The position numbers and the translations under genes are program-made. The notes below the pieces were generated by a model. It saw only the letters and a list, made by a program, of their open reading frames with translations, was not told where the DNA came from and ran no database searches. DNA of 64,000 nt from Halarcobacter sp. (GTDB taxonomy: Bacteria > Campylobacterota > Campylobacteria > Campylobacterales > Arcobacteraceae), in assembly GCA_048571215.1 (NCBI GenBank), contig CP182352.1, positions 2,208,001-2,272,000 on the forward strand, in the 5' to 3' direction. Positions 29,521 through 40,001 of the stretch are shown piece by piece (the stretch's first letter is position 1; each line of letters begins with the position of its first letter).

Positions 29521-31141
29521 AAAAGGAAAAAGAGATGAATACATCAAAAAAAGAAAAGTTCATAAAGTAAATGATAACCTTATTTTATATAAAATAAATA
29601 TACATAAAAGGTTATTAATGGAATCTCTTGCTTCACTGATTTTACTTATATTATTTAGTATATTAATTATTTCATTTATGAATAAATATTTAAGAGGATT
29701 TGGACTTGGATTTTTAAATCCAGTTTCAATACTACTATCATACATCACAAAACCACCATTAAAAGATGATGGAATGATGAATAAACAAGATGAATTAAAA
29801 CTCTTTTCAAGATTTAATTCAGGGCTTTTAATTGATGTAAAAAACAAAAGGCTTTCAGAAGATGAAAGTTGTAAACACTTAGCTTTAATTTCTAGAACAG
29901 GTGGAGGTAAAACCACCTCATACGTTCTACCTAATATCTATAAACTATCAGAAGAAAAATGCTCAATGGTTATCACTGATTTAAGTGGAGAAATATTTGA
30001 TAAAACAAGTGGTTATCTAGAAAAAAAAGGTTATAAAATTTATGTTTTAGACCCAAATAATCTCGATGAATCCATAAGATACAACCCTTTAGAGTTTTCA
30101 AATACTTCAGTTGAAATTGATACCCTTAGTGAAATATTACTTGCTTCAGCAGGATTAAGGGTAACCAGTTCTGAAGACAGAATTTGGAGTGATGGGGCGA
30201 AAAGCCTTATATCAATTTTAATAAAAGTTTTAAAAGGAACAGAAGATAAGAAGTTTATCAATTTAGCAAACGTAAGATATATGATAAATCAATTTGGAGC
30301 AGATGGAAAAGCATTAAATGAGTTTATAAAAAGATATGCAGATGATAAAACATTAAATGAATATAATGGTTTTGTTAGTGGCTATGATAGAACTCTTCAA
30401 TCCTTTGTATCTAATGCAAGTGTAGCCTTAAGTCCTATTGGAATAAATGATAATTTAGAAAAACTCACATATTCAAATACTATTGATTTTAAAAAGATAA
30501 GAGAAGAAAAATCAGTAGTATATATAAGAATTAAAGAGACAGAACAAGAACAATACAGCTTTCTTTTAAATTTATTTTATACTCAACTATTTAACACCAT
30601 GCTAAATAAAATCCCCGCAAAAAATGACTTACCAATTTATTGTTTACTTGATGAATTTGGTAATATGAATATTCCTAAATTTCCATCTATAATTACAACC
30701 ATTAGAAAGTATAAAGTTTCAATATCAATTATCTTGCAAAATATTAGTCAGTTAAACGAAGTATATTCACCAAATAAAGCTAAAACTATCTTAGATGGTG
30801 GGATAGCTAGTAAACTAATTTTAAGTGGTGCAGATTTAGATTTAGCCTCATCTTTAGAAAGGATGTTTGGTAAAAGGAAAAAGCTAGAAGAAACAGCAGA
30901 TGGAAATTATGTATATGAAAATATAGATGTAATGAGTGCTAGTGAGATTAGAACAATGAAAGACAATGAAGCTTTATTTGTTTATGCAAATAAAAGACCT
31001 TTAAAAATGGATATAAAACCATACTATAAAGATTTTATGTTTAATAGTTTTTCAAAAATAAATCCAAGTAAACAAAAACTTCAAAGTCACGATGACAATA
31101 TTGTTTATGTTGACTTGAACAATATAGATTGGGGTGAGTAA
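29510..31141 (+). CDS. VirD4/TraG-family type IV coupling protein
   Basis: N-terminal TM, Walker A SRTGGGKT, ITDLSGEI, Walker B LLDEFGN, ILQNISQL. Confidence 0.9.
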   Translation: MKDEKGKRDEYIKKRKVHKVNDNLILYKINIHKRLLMESLASLILLILFSILIISFMNKYLRGFGLGFLNPVSILLSYITKPPLKDDGMMNKQDELKLFSRFNSGLLIDVKNKRLSEDESCKHLALISRTGGGKTTSYVLPNIYKLSEEKCSMVITDLSGEIFDKTSGYLEKKGYKIYVLDPNNLDESIRYNPLEFSNTSVEIDTLSEILLASAGLRVTSSEDRIWSDGAKSLISILIKVLKGTEDKKFINLANVRYMINQFGADGKALNEFIKRYADDKTLNEYNGFVSGYDRTLQSFVSNASVALSPIGINDNLEKLTYSNTIDFKKIREEKSVVYIRIKETEQEQYSFLLNLFYTQLFNTMLNKIPAKNDLPIYCLLDEFGNMNIPKFPSIITTIRKYKVSISIILQNISQLNEVYSPNKAKTILDGGIASKLILSGADLDLASSLERMFGKRKKLEETADGNYVYENIDVMSASEIRTMKDNEALFVYANKRPLKMDIKPYYKDFMFNSFSKINPSKQKLQSHDDNIVYVDLNNIDWGE

Positions 31142-31891
31142 ATGGGATTTTTTGAACAATTAAATGCTGAAATAACAAGAATGACAATAGAAAACTTTAT
31201 AGCATTATCTTTAATGTTTTATATCCCTTTTCACTTTTCAAGAAAAGCAGAGAGTTTATTTTTACATCTAGTGTATTCATTTTTAGGATTATATATGATT
31301 CTTTTTACGCAGGATACAAGAATATTAAATGATCCTAAATTACTTGTGGGATTAGGCTTGATTATTCCTCAAATTAGATTTATAATCCAGTTTGTAAAAG
31401 ATTCTATATTTACAATAAAAATGATGACTGCAAATACTTATTATTTCTTTGTAACCATATATTACAAAATTCTTAGATTTAAAGCATGGGTTGAAGATGT
31501 AATCTTGATGTTTAAAAACTTTGAATTTAAACATGAAAAGAAAAACTATTCTTACCATGAAGAAAATAACTATCAAGAAAAAAAGCAAGAACAAAACTAT
31601 AATGAAAAAGATAGCTATGAATATGAAGAATCATCAAAGCAAGAAGAACAACAAACATCTTATGAAGAGCCTAAAAAAGACTATGGAGAGCATGAAAGGT
31701 TTTATAGTTCAAATGCTTATATAGTTTTGGGTGTTAGTGTAGATGATGATTATAATGAAATTAAAAAAGCATATAAAATGCTTGTGAAGATTTATCATCC
31801 TGATTTACATCTTGATGAATTCAAACTATATAATGAGATTATGCAAAATATAAATCAGGCACATGACAAGCTTAAAAAAATCCATAATTAG
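31142..31891 (+). CDS. membrane protein with C-terminal J-domain
   Basis: TM segments; AYIVLGV..IKKAYKMLVKIYHPD...INQAHDKL. Confidence 0.8.
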   Translation: MGFFEQLNAEITRMTIENFIALSLMFYIPFHFSRKAESLFLHLVYSFLGLYMILFTQDTRILNDPKLLVGLGLIIPQIRFIIQFVKDSIFTIKMMTANTYYFFVTIYYKILRFKAWVEDVILMFKNFEFKHEKKNYSYHEENNYQEKKQEQNYNEKDSYEYEESSKQEEQQTSYEEPKKDYGEHERFYSSNAYIVLGVSVDDDYNEIKKAYKMLVKIYHPDLHLDEFKLYNEIMQNINQAHDKLKKIHN

Positions 31892-31899
31892 GAATATAA

Positions 31900-32238
31900 A
31901 TGTTTAATAGAAATAAATTTACCGATGATGATTTTAGAGACTTAGAAAGACAAGAAGCGTATGAGAGAAGAAAAAATGAACAGATGGTTAAAGGTGTTGG
32001 AAACTTTATTTATAGATTCTTTGTTTATTGTTTTATTTGGATTACGGGATATTTATTAACTATGACAATTCTAGCAGGTGCTTTAAAAATGGGAGTACTT
32101 TTATCAGCTATTATTGGAATGATTCTTCCTATTATAGTTATTAGAAAAGTAGAGTATATAAAAGAGAATCCATTTAAAAGTTTAGTTTTAACAGCTTTTC
32201 TACTTTTTATATCAATGATTGCTTTTGATGTTAGGTAA
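31900..32238 (+). CDS. small membrane protein
   Basis: 112 aa, three hydrophobic segments. Confidence 0.65.
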   Translation: MFNRNKFTDDDFRDLERQEAYERRKNEQMVKGVGNFIYRFFVYCFIWITGYLLTMTILAGALKMGVLLSAIIGMILPIIVIRKVEYIKENPFKSLVLTAFLLFISMIAFDVR

Positions 32239-32265
32239 AAAAATATAAATTCTGAAATTTCTTTT

Positions 32266-32286
32266 TAGGTATCACATAGGTATCAC
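32266..32286. repeat. tandem 10-bp direct repeat, candidate integrase arm-type sites
   Basis: TAGGTATCAC at 32266 and 32277, about 70 bp inside the tRNA fragment. Confidence 0.55.
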
Positions 32287-32354
32287 TTAAATTTCTAGCA
32301 ATAAAAAAAGCCCGACATGAAAACTCCAAAGAGTCCATCATATCGAGCTTTAAA

Positions 32355-32404
32355 TGGCACGCCTGGTAGGATTCGAACCCACAACCGCCGGGGCCGAAAC
32401 CCTG
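32355..32404 (-). pseudogene. 3' half of tRNA-Arg(TCG); likely att site at the island boundary
   Basis: Reverse complement CAGGG-TTTCGGC-CCCGG-CGGTT-GTGGG-TTCGAAT-CCTAC-CAGGCGT-G-CCA; no D-arm or acceptor 5' strand upstream. Confidence 0.8.
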
Positions 32405-32885
32405 TGGGTGATTTTTTTGCTACTTTTTTTTCACAAAAAAAAGTCGGAATAAGTTAAGATGTACAGTAAAAGTTTATTTACACTCAAATATTATAAACAA
32501 CAAATTATTATTCATTATAAATCAAGCAAATTTTCCACATAATATTCACAAATACCAAAACACTTGGAGAAAAAATGAAAAACTAGTCTTTATCCTTGCC
32601 ATAAGCACTTTTAGAGGTTACATTTGCCATAAAACGTTCGGGTAAAAACTATGTACCAGAAGAAGATGAAGCCCCTACTATAAGAAATAAAAGCTCAGAT
32701 TGTAAAAGTAAATCAAAAATAAATAGTTATTTTTAAAAGATTAGCTTTTACTATTTGTAAACAAATTGTAAAAATTTCTACAAAATGATATTTACATTTT
32801 TTTATTATAATTATATTCATAAAAAAAGTTTGATTTAATTATACTCCTCCTTGAAAAAAACTCTTTTTAAATTCGTTCTTCTTTT

Positions 32886-34343
32886 TTAAGAAGAACAACT
32901 AAGTTGTAAATTTACATGCTCTACAGGTGTAGGTTTGGCATACCTTTCAAAATCTTTATGCTCATCAAATGGATTTTGTGCAATATTTAGTAAGTCATTT
33001 GTAAGTTCAAAATCACCATTTTCTGCTTTTTGTATAGCTTCTTGAAGCATATAGTTTTTTATTACAAATTTAGGATTTGCCTTTTTCATTTGTTTTTTTC
33101 TTTGTTCTTTAGTTCTATTTTCTTTTTCTACTACACTTTTATATTCATCAAACCATTTTTGTATAGGCTCTCTAAAAACACACATATCAAGTATTGAAGA
33201 GATATTATCAAGGTTTTCTAGTTTTGTTAGTTCATAAAAAAAGCAGTTGTAGTCAGATTTTGCTGATTCTAAGGCACCTAGTAGTTGTACTATTAAATCT
33301 AAATTTGAATCTTCACTTAGAGTTTCATCTAATCCTAATCTATTATTCATAATCTCTAAATATCTCTTTTGATGTAAGGATTCAAAACTCTTAAGATACT
33401 TCATAAGTTTACTAAAATCACAAATTTTTCCTAAGTTATAAGCCAAGACTTCTAAATTCCATTTTGCTATATGGGGTTGATTATTATAAGAGTATCTCCC
33501 TTCCACATCTGTATGATTGCAAATACAGTGTTTTTCAAAATAATCCATAAAAGCGTATGGTCCATAATCTATAGTTAAACCTGCCATACTCATATTGTCT
33601 GTATTCATAACTCCATGCATAAAACCATAAACCATCCATTGAGCCATCAAGGCTGCTGTTTTATCTACAAGTTCATAAAACATCTTTTCATATCTATTTT
33701 CTACTCCAATTAGATGTGGATATGACTCTTTTATAACATACTCAGCTAGATTTGTTAGGTTTTCATTTGCATTTTTACCGCGAGAAAAAAACTCAAAGGT
33801 TCCTATTCTAACCCAAGAGGGTGACATACGCATAACAATTGCACCCTTTTCTGATTTTCCATAATCTCTATAAACAGGATGAGAAGAACCAATGATTGCT
33901 AAGGCTCTTGTGGTAGGAATTCCTAAAGCATGCATATGTTCACTCATAATAAACTCTCTAATACTTGAACGCAATACAGCCCTACCATCCCCTTGCCTTG
34001 AATACCTAGTAAGACCTGAACCCTTTGTTTGTAAATGCCAACTATTTACTGCACCTAAATTTATTGCTCTTCCATCACCTAATTGTGGTACAAAATATCC
34101 AAACTGATGACCTGCATATCCCATAGCGTATGGAATAGAACCTTTTAAAACATGTTCACCATTTACAAATTCAAGAAATTTTTTTGTTTCACATTCACTA
34201 TAATCTAAGCCAATTAAATCACAGGCACTTTTACTATAAGCTATAAGATGGGGATTATTTAATGGTTGTGCATCAAGTTTTTGATAGAATTTATCTTCAA
34301 GTTCAAAATAATTTATATCTAGTTTTATATCTTCTAATTTCAT
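32886..34343 (-). CDS. selO: protein adenylyltransferase SelO/YdiU
   Basis: YAGHQFG..QLGDGRA, KGSGLTRYSRQGDGRAVLRSSIRE, HGVMNTDN, DYGP, C-terminal LSCSS. Confidence 0.95.
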   Translation of the reverse strand: MKLEDIKLDINYFELEDKFYQKLDAQPLNNPHLIAYSKSACDLIGLDYSECETKKFLEFVNGEHVLKGSIPYAMGYAGHQFGYFVPQLGDGRAINLGAVNSWHLQTKGSGLTRYSRQGDGRAVLRSSIREFIMSEHMHALGIPTTRALAIIGSSHPVYRDYGKSEKGAIVMRMSPSWVRIGTFEFFSRGKNANENLTNLAEYVIKESYPHLIGVENRYEKMFYELVDKTAALMAQWMVYGFMHGVMNTDNMSMAGLTIDYGPYAFMDYFEKHCICNHTDVEGRYSYNNQPHIAKWNLEVLAYNLGKICDFSKLMKYLKSFESLHQKRYLEIMNNRLGLDETLSEDSNLDLIVQLLGALESAKSDYNCFFYELTKLENLDNISSILDMCVFREPIQKWFDEYKSVVEKENRTKEQRKKQMKKANPKFVIKNYMLQEAIQKAENGDFELTNDLLNIAQNPFDEHKDFERYAKPTPVEHVNLQLSCSS

Positions 34344-34504
34344 ATTTACTCTTTATGCAATTATCATGCCTATGGGGTTTTTCTAAGATTAGCTAAAAAA
34401 TATAAAACAACTCTTTATTAGAAAATCTAATAATAAAATTTACATCTTTTTAACTCTTATGAAAAATTAGTTATAATTGCCAAAAAATTAGACCTAGGAT
34501 TGAT

Positions 34505-35656
34505 ATGATTGAAAATATAGAAACAGCTTTATGCCATGCAACAAAATTTGCACCAAACCAAGATATATATGGTGCTTCACACTTTCCAATATACAACACT
34601 GGAACTTTTGATTTAAAAAAACAAGATGGCGATAAGATTTATGACTATACAAGAAGTGACAACCCTACAAGAGAAACTTTAGAAAACCTATTTACCCATG
34701 CAGAAAATGGTGCTGGATGTGTATGTACCCATACTGGAATTGCTTCTGTTGCCTTACTTTTTGAGACTGTATTAAAAGCAAACTCAGAAATTTTGGTTGA
34801 AGCTGATTGTTATGGAGGAACCTTTAGACTTCTAAAAGTATTTCAAGATAAATACAATATTAAAGTACATTTTGCAAACTTTTTAGAATTTAATAAACTT
34901 GAAGAGGTTTTAAAAAACAATCCTATAGATTTAGTACTTTGTGAGTCACCAACAAATCCAGGACTAAAAATAATTGACTTAGAAAATGTAGCAAATTTAG
35001 CACATAATTATAATTCACTCTTTGCAGTAGATAACTCACTTGCAACTTTTATTTCACAAAAACCCTTAGATTTAGGTGCTGATTTTTCATTATTTTCAAC
35101 AACTAAATATGTATCAGGTCATGGAGCTGTAGTTGCTGGTGCCATTGTTGCAAAAACAAAAGAGTTAGCCGATGATATCCACTACTATGCAAATGCCCAT
35201 GGTAGAAGTCAAAACCCTATGGATGTATATCTAATAAGTTTAGGATTGCCTACTTTAAATATTAGAATGAAAGCCCACTTTGAAACTGCTTTAGAGATAG
35301 TTGAGTTTTTAAAAGAGCAAGAGTATGTAAAAAAAGTGACTTTCCCAGCACTAAAAACTCACCCTCAATATGAACTAGCAAAAAAACAAATGAAGTATAT
35401 CCCTGCTGTTTTTTGTGTAGATTTTACTAGTGTAGAACTAGCAGAACAATTCATAGAAAAAACAAAAATCTTTACAGAAAAATGTTCATTTGGAAGTCCT
35501 GATTCAAGAGTTGAAATCCCTGCAAAAATCTCCCATGCCTCTTTTTCAAAAGAGGAGCTTGCTGCTATTGGGATTTCGGATACGACTGTTAGATTTTCGA
35601 TTGGTTTAGAAAATGCACAAGATTTAATAAAAGATATAAAACAAGCTGTAAAGTAG
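34505..35656 (+). CDS. PLP-dependent Cys/Met metabolism enzyme (cystathionine gamma-synthase/lyase family)
   Basis: YDYTRSDNPTR, ESPTNP, VDNS, STTKYVSGH, VRFSIGLE. Confidence 0.9.
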   Translation: MIENIETALCHATKFAPNQDIYGASHFPIYNTGTFDLKKQDGDKIYDYTRSDNPTRETLENLFTHAENGAGCVCTHTGIASVALLFETVLKANSEILVEADCYGGTFRLLKVFQDKYNIKVHFANFLEFNKLEEVLKNNPIDLVLCESPTNPGLKIIDLENVANLAHNYNSLFAVDNSLATFISQKPLDLGADFSLFSTTKYVSGHGAVVAGAIVAKTKELADDIHYYANAHGRSQNPMDVYLISLGLPTLNIRMKAHFETALEIVEFLKEQEYVKKVTFPALKTHPQYELAKKQMKYIPAVFCVDFTSVELAEQFIEKTKIFTEKCSFGSPDSRVEIPAKISHASFSKEELAAIGISDTTVRFSIGLENAQDLIKDIKQAVK

Positions 35657-35659
35657 TAG

Positions 35660-37153
35660 ATGAAAGATAGTTTTTTTAAACCAATACCTTGTGGAGAAAC
35701 TTTACCACCAAATAATGTACATGCGGTGTCTGTATCTATGCCAACAATACAAGATGTGATAGATTATGAAGAAAATCCAACAGCATGTGAAAAGATAAAA
35801 AGTGGTTATCCAAGATTTGTATTACATCCATATTTAAAAATATTAGCAAACTATATAAAAGACAAATATAAAATATCTGATAAATATGAAGTAGTAGTAT
35901 TAAGTTCACAAAAAGCAGTTAAACTAATAAGTGATAAATACTATATTCACAATAAAATTGAAATAGATGAACCTTTTGGAGTTATTTTAGTTCAAAAAGG
36001 AACATCTCAACTTCAAAAAGTATTAAGTTATATTCAACATGTTGGATGCAATCTCTCTTCAAGATTTGCAGAAGAGTATTTATATAAATTTGGCTTAATA
36101 GATAAGTTACACAAAGAAAAATTAGAAGATAAAACAAAAGCAAAAGATATTATTTTAAACACTTTAGCAAAAGCGTATAATCAGCCTAAAGAAAACATAT
36201 GTTTGGCACCCTCAGGAATGAATGCGATTTATTCTGTTATAAGAGGACTAAACTCTATACAAAGCCACAATGGAAGAGATATATTAGTTCAATTTGGTTG
36301 GTTATATCTTGATACTATGAATATAGTAAACCATCATTTTAATAGACAAAAAATATTTTCAGATATTTTAAATCTAGATTTACTAGAAAAATATTTAGAA
36401 AAAAATGGTTTAAAAGTTACTGCAATCATAACAGAGATACCAACTAATCCCCAACTAAAAACTTTGGATATACAAAGACTAAGAAAATTGTGTGATAAGT
36501 ATAATATTCCACTTGTAATAGATACAACTTTTTCTACCCCATATAATCTAAACCTAGAAAATTATGCTGATATTTTTGTTGAATCTTTGACAAAATTTGC
36601 TTGTGGAAATGCAGATGTATTAATGGGTGCTATTATTTTAAATAAAAAACATAATTTATCCCATATGAATAAAGAATTTTTCAAACATTGTGATCCTGTT
36701 TATATAAAAGATATTCAAAGATTAGCTTACGAAATTAAAGATTATGAAGAAAGAGTAAAAAAAGTATCAAAAAATACAAAAAAATTAATAGAGTATTTAA
36801 CTAATTGTTCTTATATAGACAAGATTTATCACTGCATGAGTGAAGAAAACAAAATAAACTATAAGAAAATAGTAAAGGATAAAAACTCTTATACAGGTAT
36901 CATCTCAGTAACCTTCAAAAAACCTATAAAAGAGGTTTATGATAAGTTAAATTTTGCAAAAGGACCTAGTTTGGGAACTGAATTTACTCTTCTTATGCCT
37001 TATACCTATTTAGCACATTATGATTTAATCACCTCAAAAGGGGGAAATGATTTTTTAGAAAAAATAGATCTTCCTATTGAGCTAGTTAGAATTTCAGTTG
37101 GAACTGAACCTATATTAGAAATTATAAAAGAGTTTGAAAAGTTAGAGAAATAA
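35660..37153 (+). CDS. long-form PLP-dependent cystathionine gamma-synthase-like protein
   Basis: HAVSVSMPT, GYPRF, PSGMNAI, EIPTNP, ESLTKF, KGPSLGTEFTL. Confidence 0.85.
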   Translation: MKDSFFKPIPCGETLPPNNVHAVSVSMPTIQDVIDYEENPTACEKIKSGYPRFVLHPYLKILANYIKDKYKISDKYEVVVLSSQKAVKLISDKYYIHNKIEIDEPFGVILVQKGTSQLQKVLSYIQHVGCNLSSRFAEEYLYKFGLIDKLHKEKLEDKTKAKDIILNTLAKAYNQPKENICLAPSGMNAIYSVIRGLNSIQSHNGRDILVQFGWLYLDTMNIVNHHFNRQKIFSDILNLDLLEKYLEKNGLKVTAIITEIPTNPQLKTLDIQRLRKLCDKYNIPLVIDTTFSTPYNLNLENYADIFVESLTKFACGNADVLMGAIILNKKHNLSHMNKEFFKHCDPVYIKDIQRLAYEIKDYEERVKKVSKNTKKLIEYLTNCSYIDKIYHCMSEENKINYKKIVKDKNSYTGIISVTFKKPIKEVYDKLNFAKGPSLGTEFTLLMPYTYLAHYDLITSKGGNDFLEKIDLPIELVRISVGTEPILEIIKEFEKLEK

Positions 37154-37154
37154 C

Positions 37155-37496
37155 CTATAACTTTAAAACTCCATTTACCCTTGCTGCACTATCTTTTTTT
37201 GATAAGGTAAGTCTAACGATAGAATCTTCTATCGCCTTTAAATTATGTAAAATACTAGCTTCTAAAGATACAATATCACCTTTGATTAGATTATAAGTGT
37301 TATTACCAAGCCCAAAATCTATTTTGCCATCAACTATCTCAACTGTAATTGGATAATTTGTTTTATGGTCTTTCATGATTTGTTCTTTTTTAAATACAAT
37401 TCTAATCTCTTTTGCAAAATCACTCTCAAGCATAGGGGTGATTTGTACTTTCTCTTCACTATAAACTAAATTCTCATAAATATTAACTTTTTTCAT
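37155..37496 (-). CDS. cupin-domain protein
   Basis: MKDHKTNYPITVEIVDG...HNLKAIEDSIVRL; ATG 37496 has a GGAG RBS. Confidence 0.8.
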   Translation of the reverse strand: MKKVNIYENLVYSEEKVQITPMLESDFAKEIRIVFKKEQIMKDHKTNYPITVEIVDGKIDFGLGNNTYNLIKGDIVSLEASILHNLKAIEDSIVRLTLSKKDSAARVNGVLKL

Positions 37497-37563
37497 TTTA
37501 AACTCCATTTTTAGGTAGTTTAACAAAAAAGGGTTCTCAAAGAATTGATACTAGTCAATTTTA

Positions 37564-38991
37564 TTAAATATATTGGGCATTAAAATACAATAAAACTCCA
37601 AGTATTAACATCACAATTGGGGCTAAGTACTCTATAAAATCTATAAAGTTTTGTGATCTATTTGAAACTTTATTTACACTAACCCCTAGAAATGATGATA
37701 AAAATATTATAACTCCCATTCCTAAACTTATAAAAATAGAAGCTAAGATTACTGCAAAATATGTTTTTAAAATAAAAGCATAAATAAATAAAACTACCGT
37801 ACCAGGACAAGGTATTAAACCAGCTGTTAAAACAAAATATAAATCTTTTTTCATAAAATTTGGTTTTAGATTTGTCATTGTCTTTGGTTGTTTTACACTC
37901 CAAGTTGGGTTTACATTTGCTGATGTTGAACAACAAGAACTACAAGAACACTCATTGTGCTTAAACTTATTAAATAATATATATAAAGCTAAAAAAACTA
38001 TTAAAATAGATGATATTTTAGTAAGTATCTCAACGGAATCATTAATAAAGTTATTTAGAACTGATTGTAAAATAAATACTGATATCACAACTAATATTAA
38101 AGCACCCAAGATATGAATAAAAGCTGTTAATTGTGAAATAAAAAAAGCTTTTAGATAAGAACTTTTATTTGATGAAAAATAGGCAAATGCAAGTGACTTA
38201 CCATGTCCTGGTCCTAAAGCATGGATTATCCCATAAATAAATGAAACAAAAAGGAGAGTAAATAAAGCAATAGTATCACCTTGTTTTATCTTTAATAGAT
38301 AGTGTTTAACCTTTTTTGTAAATTTAGACAATAGGGTTTCAGTTTGTTTTTTTTCAATATTATTTTGTTTTAAAGGTACTACTTCTTTATTACTAAGTTC
38401 TTTTTCTTTGAAAGTGGGAGTTATAAAAAATGCAACATCTTGTCTTTTTAATACTTTTTTATAATCAAAATCAGCATTTAATTTTATGCTATTTTTTGCT
38501 AATACTAAGACAAAATAGTTTTCATCATCATTTATCTTTATATATAAGATGTTATCTTCTATAACTTTATAATCTAAATTTATAAAATATTCAAAATGAA
38601 GTAAAGAGTTTTTTATATAAACTTTATATTTTTTTATCTTTATTGGTTCTGATTTATCTTTGTTAATAATCTTATCGTATGAGATATGGGTTAAAAAGTT
38701 TTTAGGTTTAATATAATCCAAAAGTGATTGTTCTATAGGTTTCAATTCACTTTTATCTAAATAGTTATTTTGATTTCTATCATATATTTGTTTTAATTGG
38801 TCTGTAAACTCTTTTGTCAAAACCCAAGTGATTTTGGCATCATCTATTTTATCTTTTGTAGCATTTATCTTTATTGCTACTTGAGTTAAAGGAGAGTATA
38901 CAGTACAAAGTGCACACCCAAAAAGGGTGTGTGTAAAAAGTACTAAAATAAATAGATATTTACTTATATGTTTTTGCAATTTCATTTGCAA
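37564..38991 (-). CDS. periplasmic DUF1007-like domain fused to NicO/RcnA-type metal transporter
   Basis: YGIIHALGPGHGK and GLIPCPG motifs; exact start uncertain. Confidence 0.85.
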   Translation of the reverse strand: MQMKLQKHISKYLFILVLFTHTLFGCALCTVYSPLTQVAIKINATKDKIDDAKITWVLTKEFTDQLKQIYDRNQNNYLDKSELKPIEQSLLDYIKPKNFLTHISYDKIINKDKSEPIKIKKYKVYIKNSLLHFEYFINLDYKVIEDNILYIKINDDENYFVLVLAKNSIKLNADFDYKKVLKRQDVAFFITPTFKEKELSNKEVVPLKQNNIEKKQTETLLSKFTKKVKHYLLKIKQGDTIALFTLLFVSFIYGIIHALGPGHGKSLAFAYFSSNKSSYLKAFFISQLTAFIHILGALILVVISVFILQSVLNNFINDSVEILTKISSILIVFLALYILFNKFKHNECSCSSCCSTSANVNPTWSVKQPKTMTNLKPNFMKKDLYFVLTAGLIPCPGTVVLFIYAFILKTYFAVILASIFISLGMGVIIFLSSFLGVSVNKVSNRSQNFIDFIEYLAPIVMLILGVLLYFNAQYI

Positions 38992-39865
38992 CTTTTAATA
39001 AATTTTGATTCCAATTATATGCTAAAGGGTCGATTTTAGATACTGTTCCATTGATACTTTTTGAGATTGTTTTTGCACCTTTTTGTGAAAATTGAGGTGA
39101 AACAAAAACTATTTTGATGCCATGCTCTTTTGCTTTTTTTACCAACTCTACTAGCTGGGCAGGTTTTGGTTCTTTTCCTTCAACTTCTATAGCTATTTGT
39201 TCAAGATCATATCTATTTGAAAAATATCCCCATGATGGATGAAATACCATAAATGGTCTATCTTTATATGGACTTAATATTTTTTTTAACTTTTTATCTA
39301 AATTATCAATCTCTTCTAAAAATTTATTATAATTTTTCTCATAAAAAGCTTTATTTTTAATATCTATTTTTACTAAAGCATCAAGAATATTTTTTGCTTG
39401 AATTTTAACTAAAATGGGATCTAACCAAACATGTGGATCTAAGCCTGAGTGTTCATGTTCATCATGGTCTTCATGCTCATCATGGTGTTCATGTTCATCA
39501 TGATGTTCTGCATCATCCATATTTTCTTCATGATGTGTATGTTTTGCTATTGCTTGCTTTTTAATACCATCTGCTGTATCAATTATTAACATATTTTTAT
39601 TTGCACTTTTAAATCTATCTAACCAAACATTTTCAAAAGGTACATCTATTGAAAAATAGATCTCTGATTTGGACAAAAGTCTCATCTGAGAAGTTTTAGG
39701 TTCATAAGTTGCAGGACTTGCTCCTGGTTTTACCATTACATTTATTGTAACTTTATCTTTTGCAATTTTTTCTACAAAATATTTTTGTGGTAATATAGAG
39801 ACAGTAACCTCTTTTGCATATATTATTGAAGTAAATACTAAAAATAGTATATATAGCTTTTTCAT
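38960..39865 (-). CDS. znuA: zinc ABC-type substrate-binding protein (ZnuA family)
   Basis: His/Glu-rich loop, DPHVWLDP, FHPSWGYF, EVEGKEP. Confidence 0.9.
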   Translation of the reverse strand: MKKLYILFLVFTSIIYAKEVTVSILPQKYFVEKIAKDKVTINVMVKPGASPATYEPKTSQMRLLSKSEIYFSIDVPFENVWLDRFKSANKNMLIIDTADGIKKQAIAKHTHHEENMDDAEHHDEHEHHDEHEDHDEHEHSGLDPHVWLDPILVKIQAKNILDALVKIDIKNKAFYEKNYNKFLEEIDNLDKKLKKILSPYKDRPFMVFHPSWGYFSNRYDLEQIAIEVEGKEPKPAQLVELVKKAKEHGIKIVFVSPQFSQKGAKTISKSINGTVSKIDPLAYNWNQNLLKVANEIAKTYK

Positions 39866-39888
39866 TATTATAACCCTTTTATAATTTC

Positions 39889-39948
39889 TGCAATTGAGTT
39901 GCGTTTTGGAATTCTAATAAAGAATCACTTTAATGCAACTGAATTGCT
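39889..39948. promoter_or_regulatory. two palindromic boxes, candidate Zur/Fur-family operators
   Basis: TGCAATTGAGTTGCG (39889) and TGCAACTGAATTGCT (39934) between divergent znuA and the Fur-family gene. Confidence 0.6.
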
Positions 39949-40001
39949 TTTGTATTATTTTTATTAAATCTATTTTTAAATTTTTAAGGTTATAATATAA
40001 T

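Larger units (their letters stand above)
1..32404. mobile_element. integrative/mobilisable genomic island (left end outside window or not identified)
   Basis: Defence, toxin, IS, recombinase and mob genes ending at a tRNA 3' fragment with adjacent direct repeats; housekeeping genes resume at 32886. Confidence 0.8.

Noticed and set aside
32886..34343. SelO as a link to UGA recoding
   Set aside because: It ends in CSS with a normal Cys codon and a TAA stop; no in-frame TGA.
37512..37520. TAGGTAGTT match to the recombinase site spacer
   Set aside because: Lacks the GATAA/TTATC arms; likely chance.
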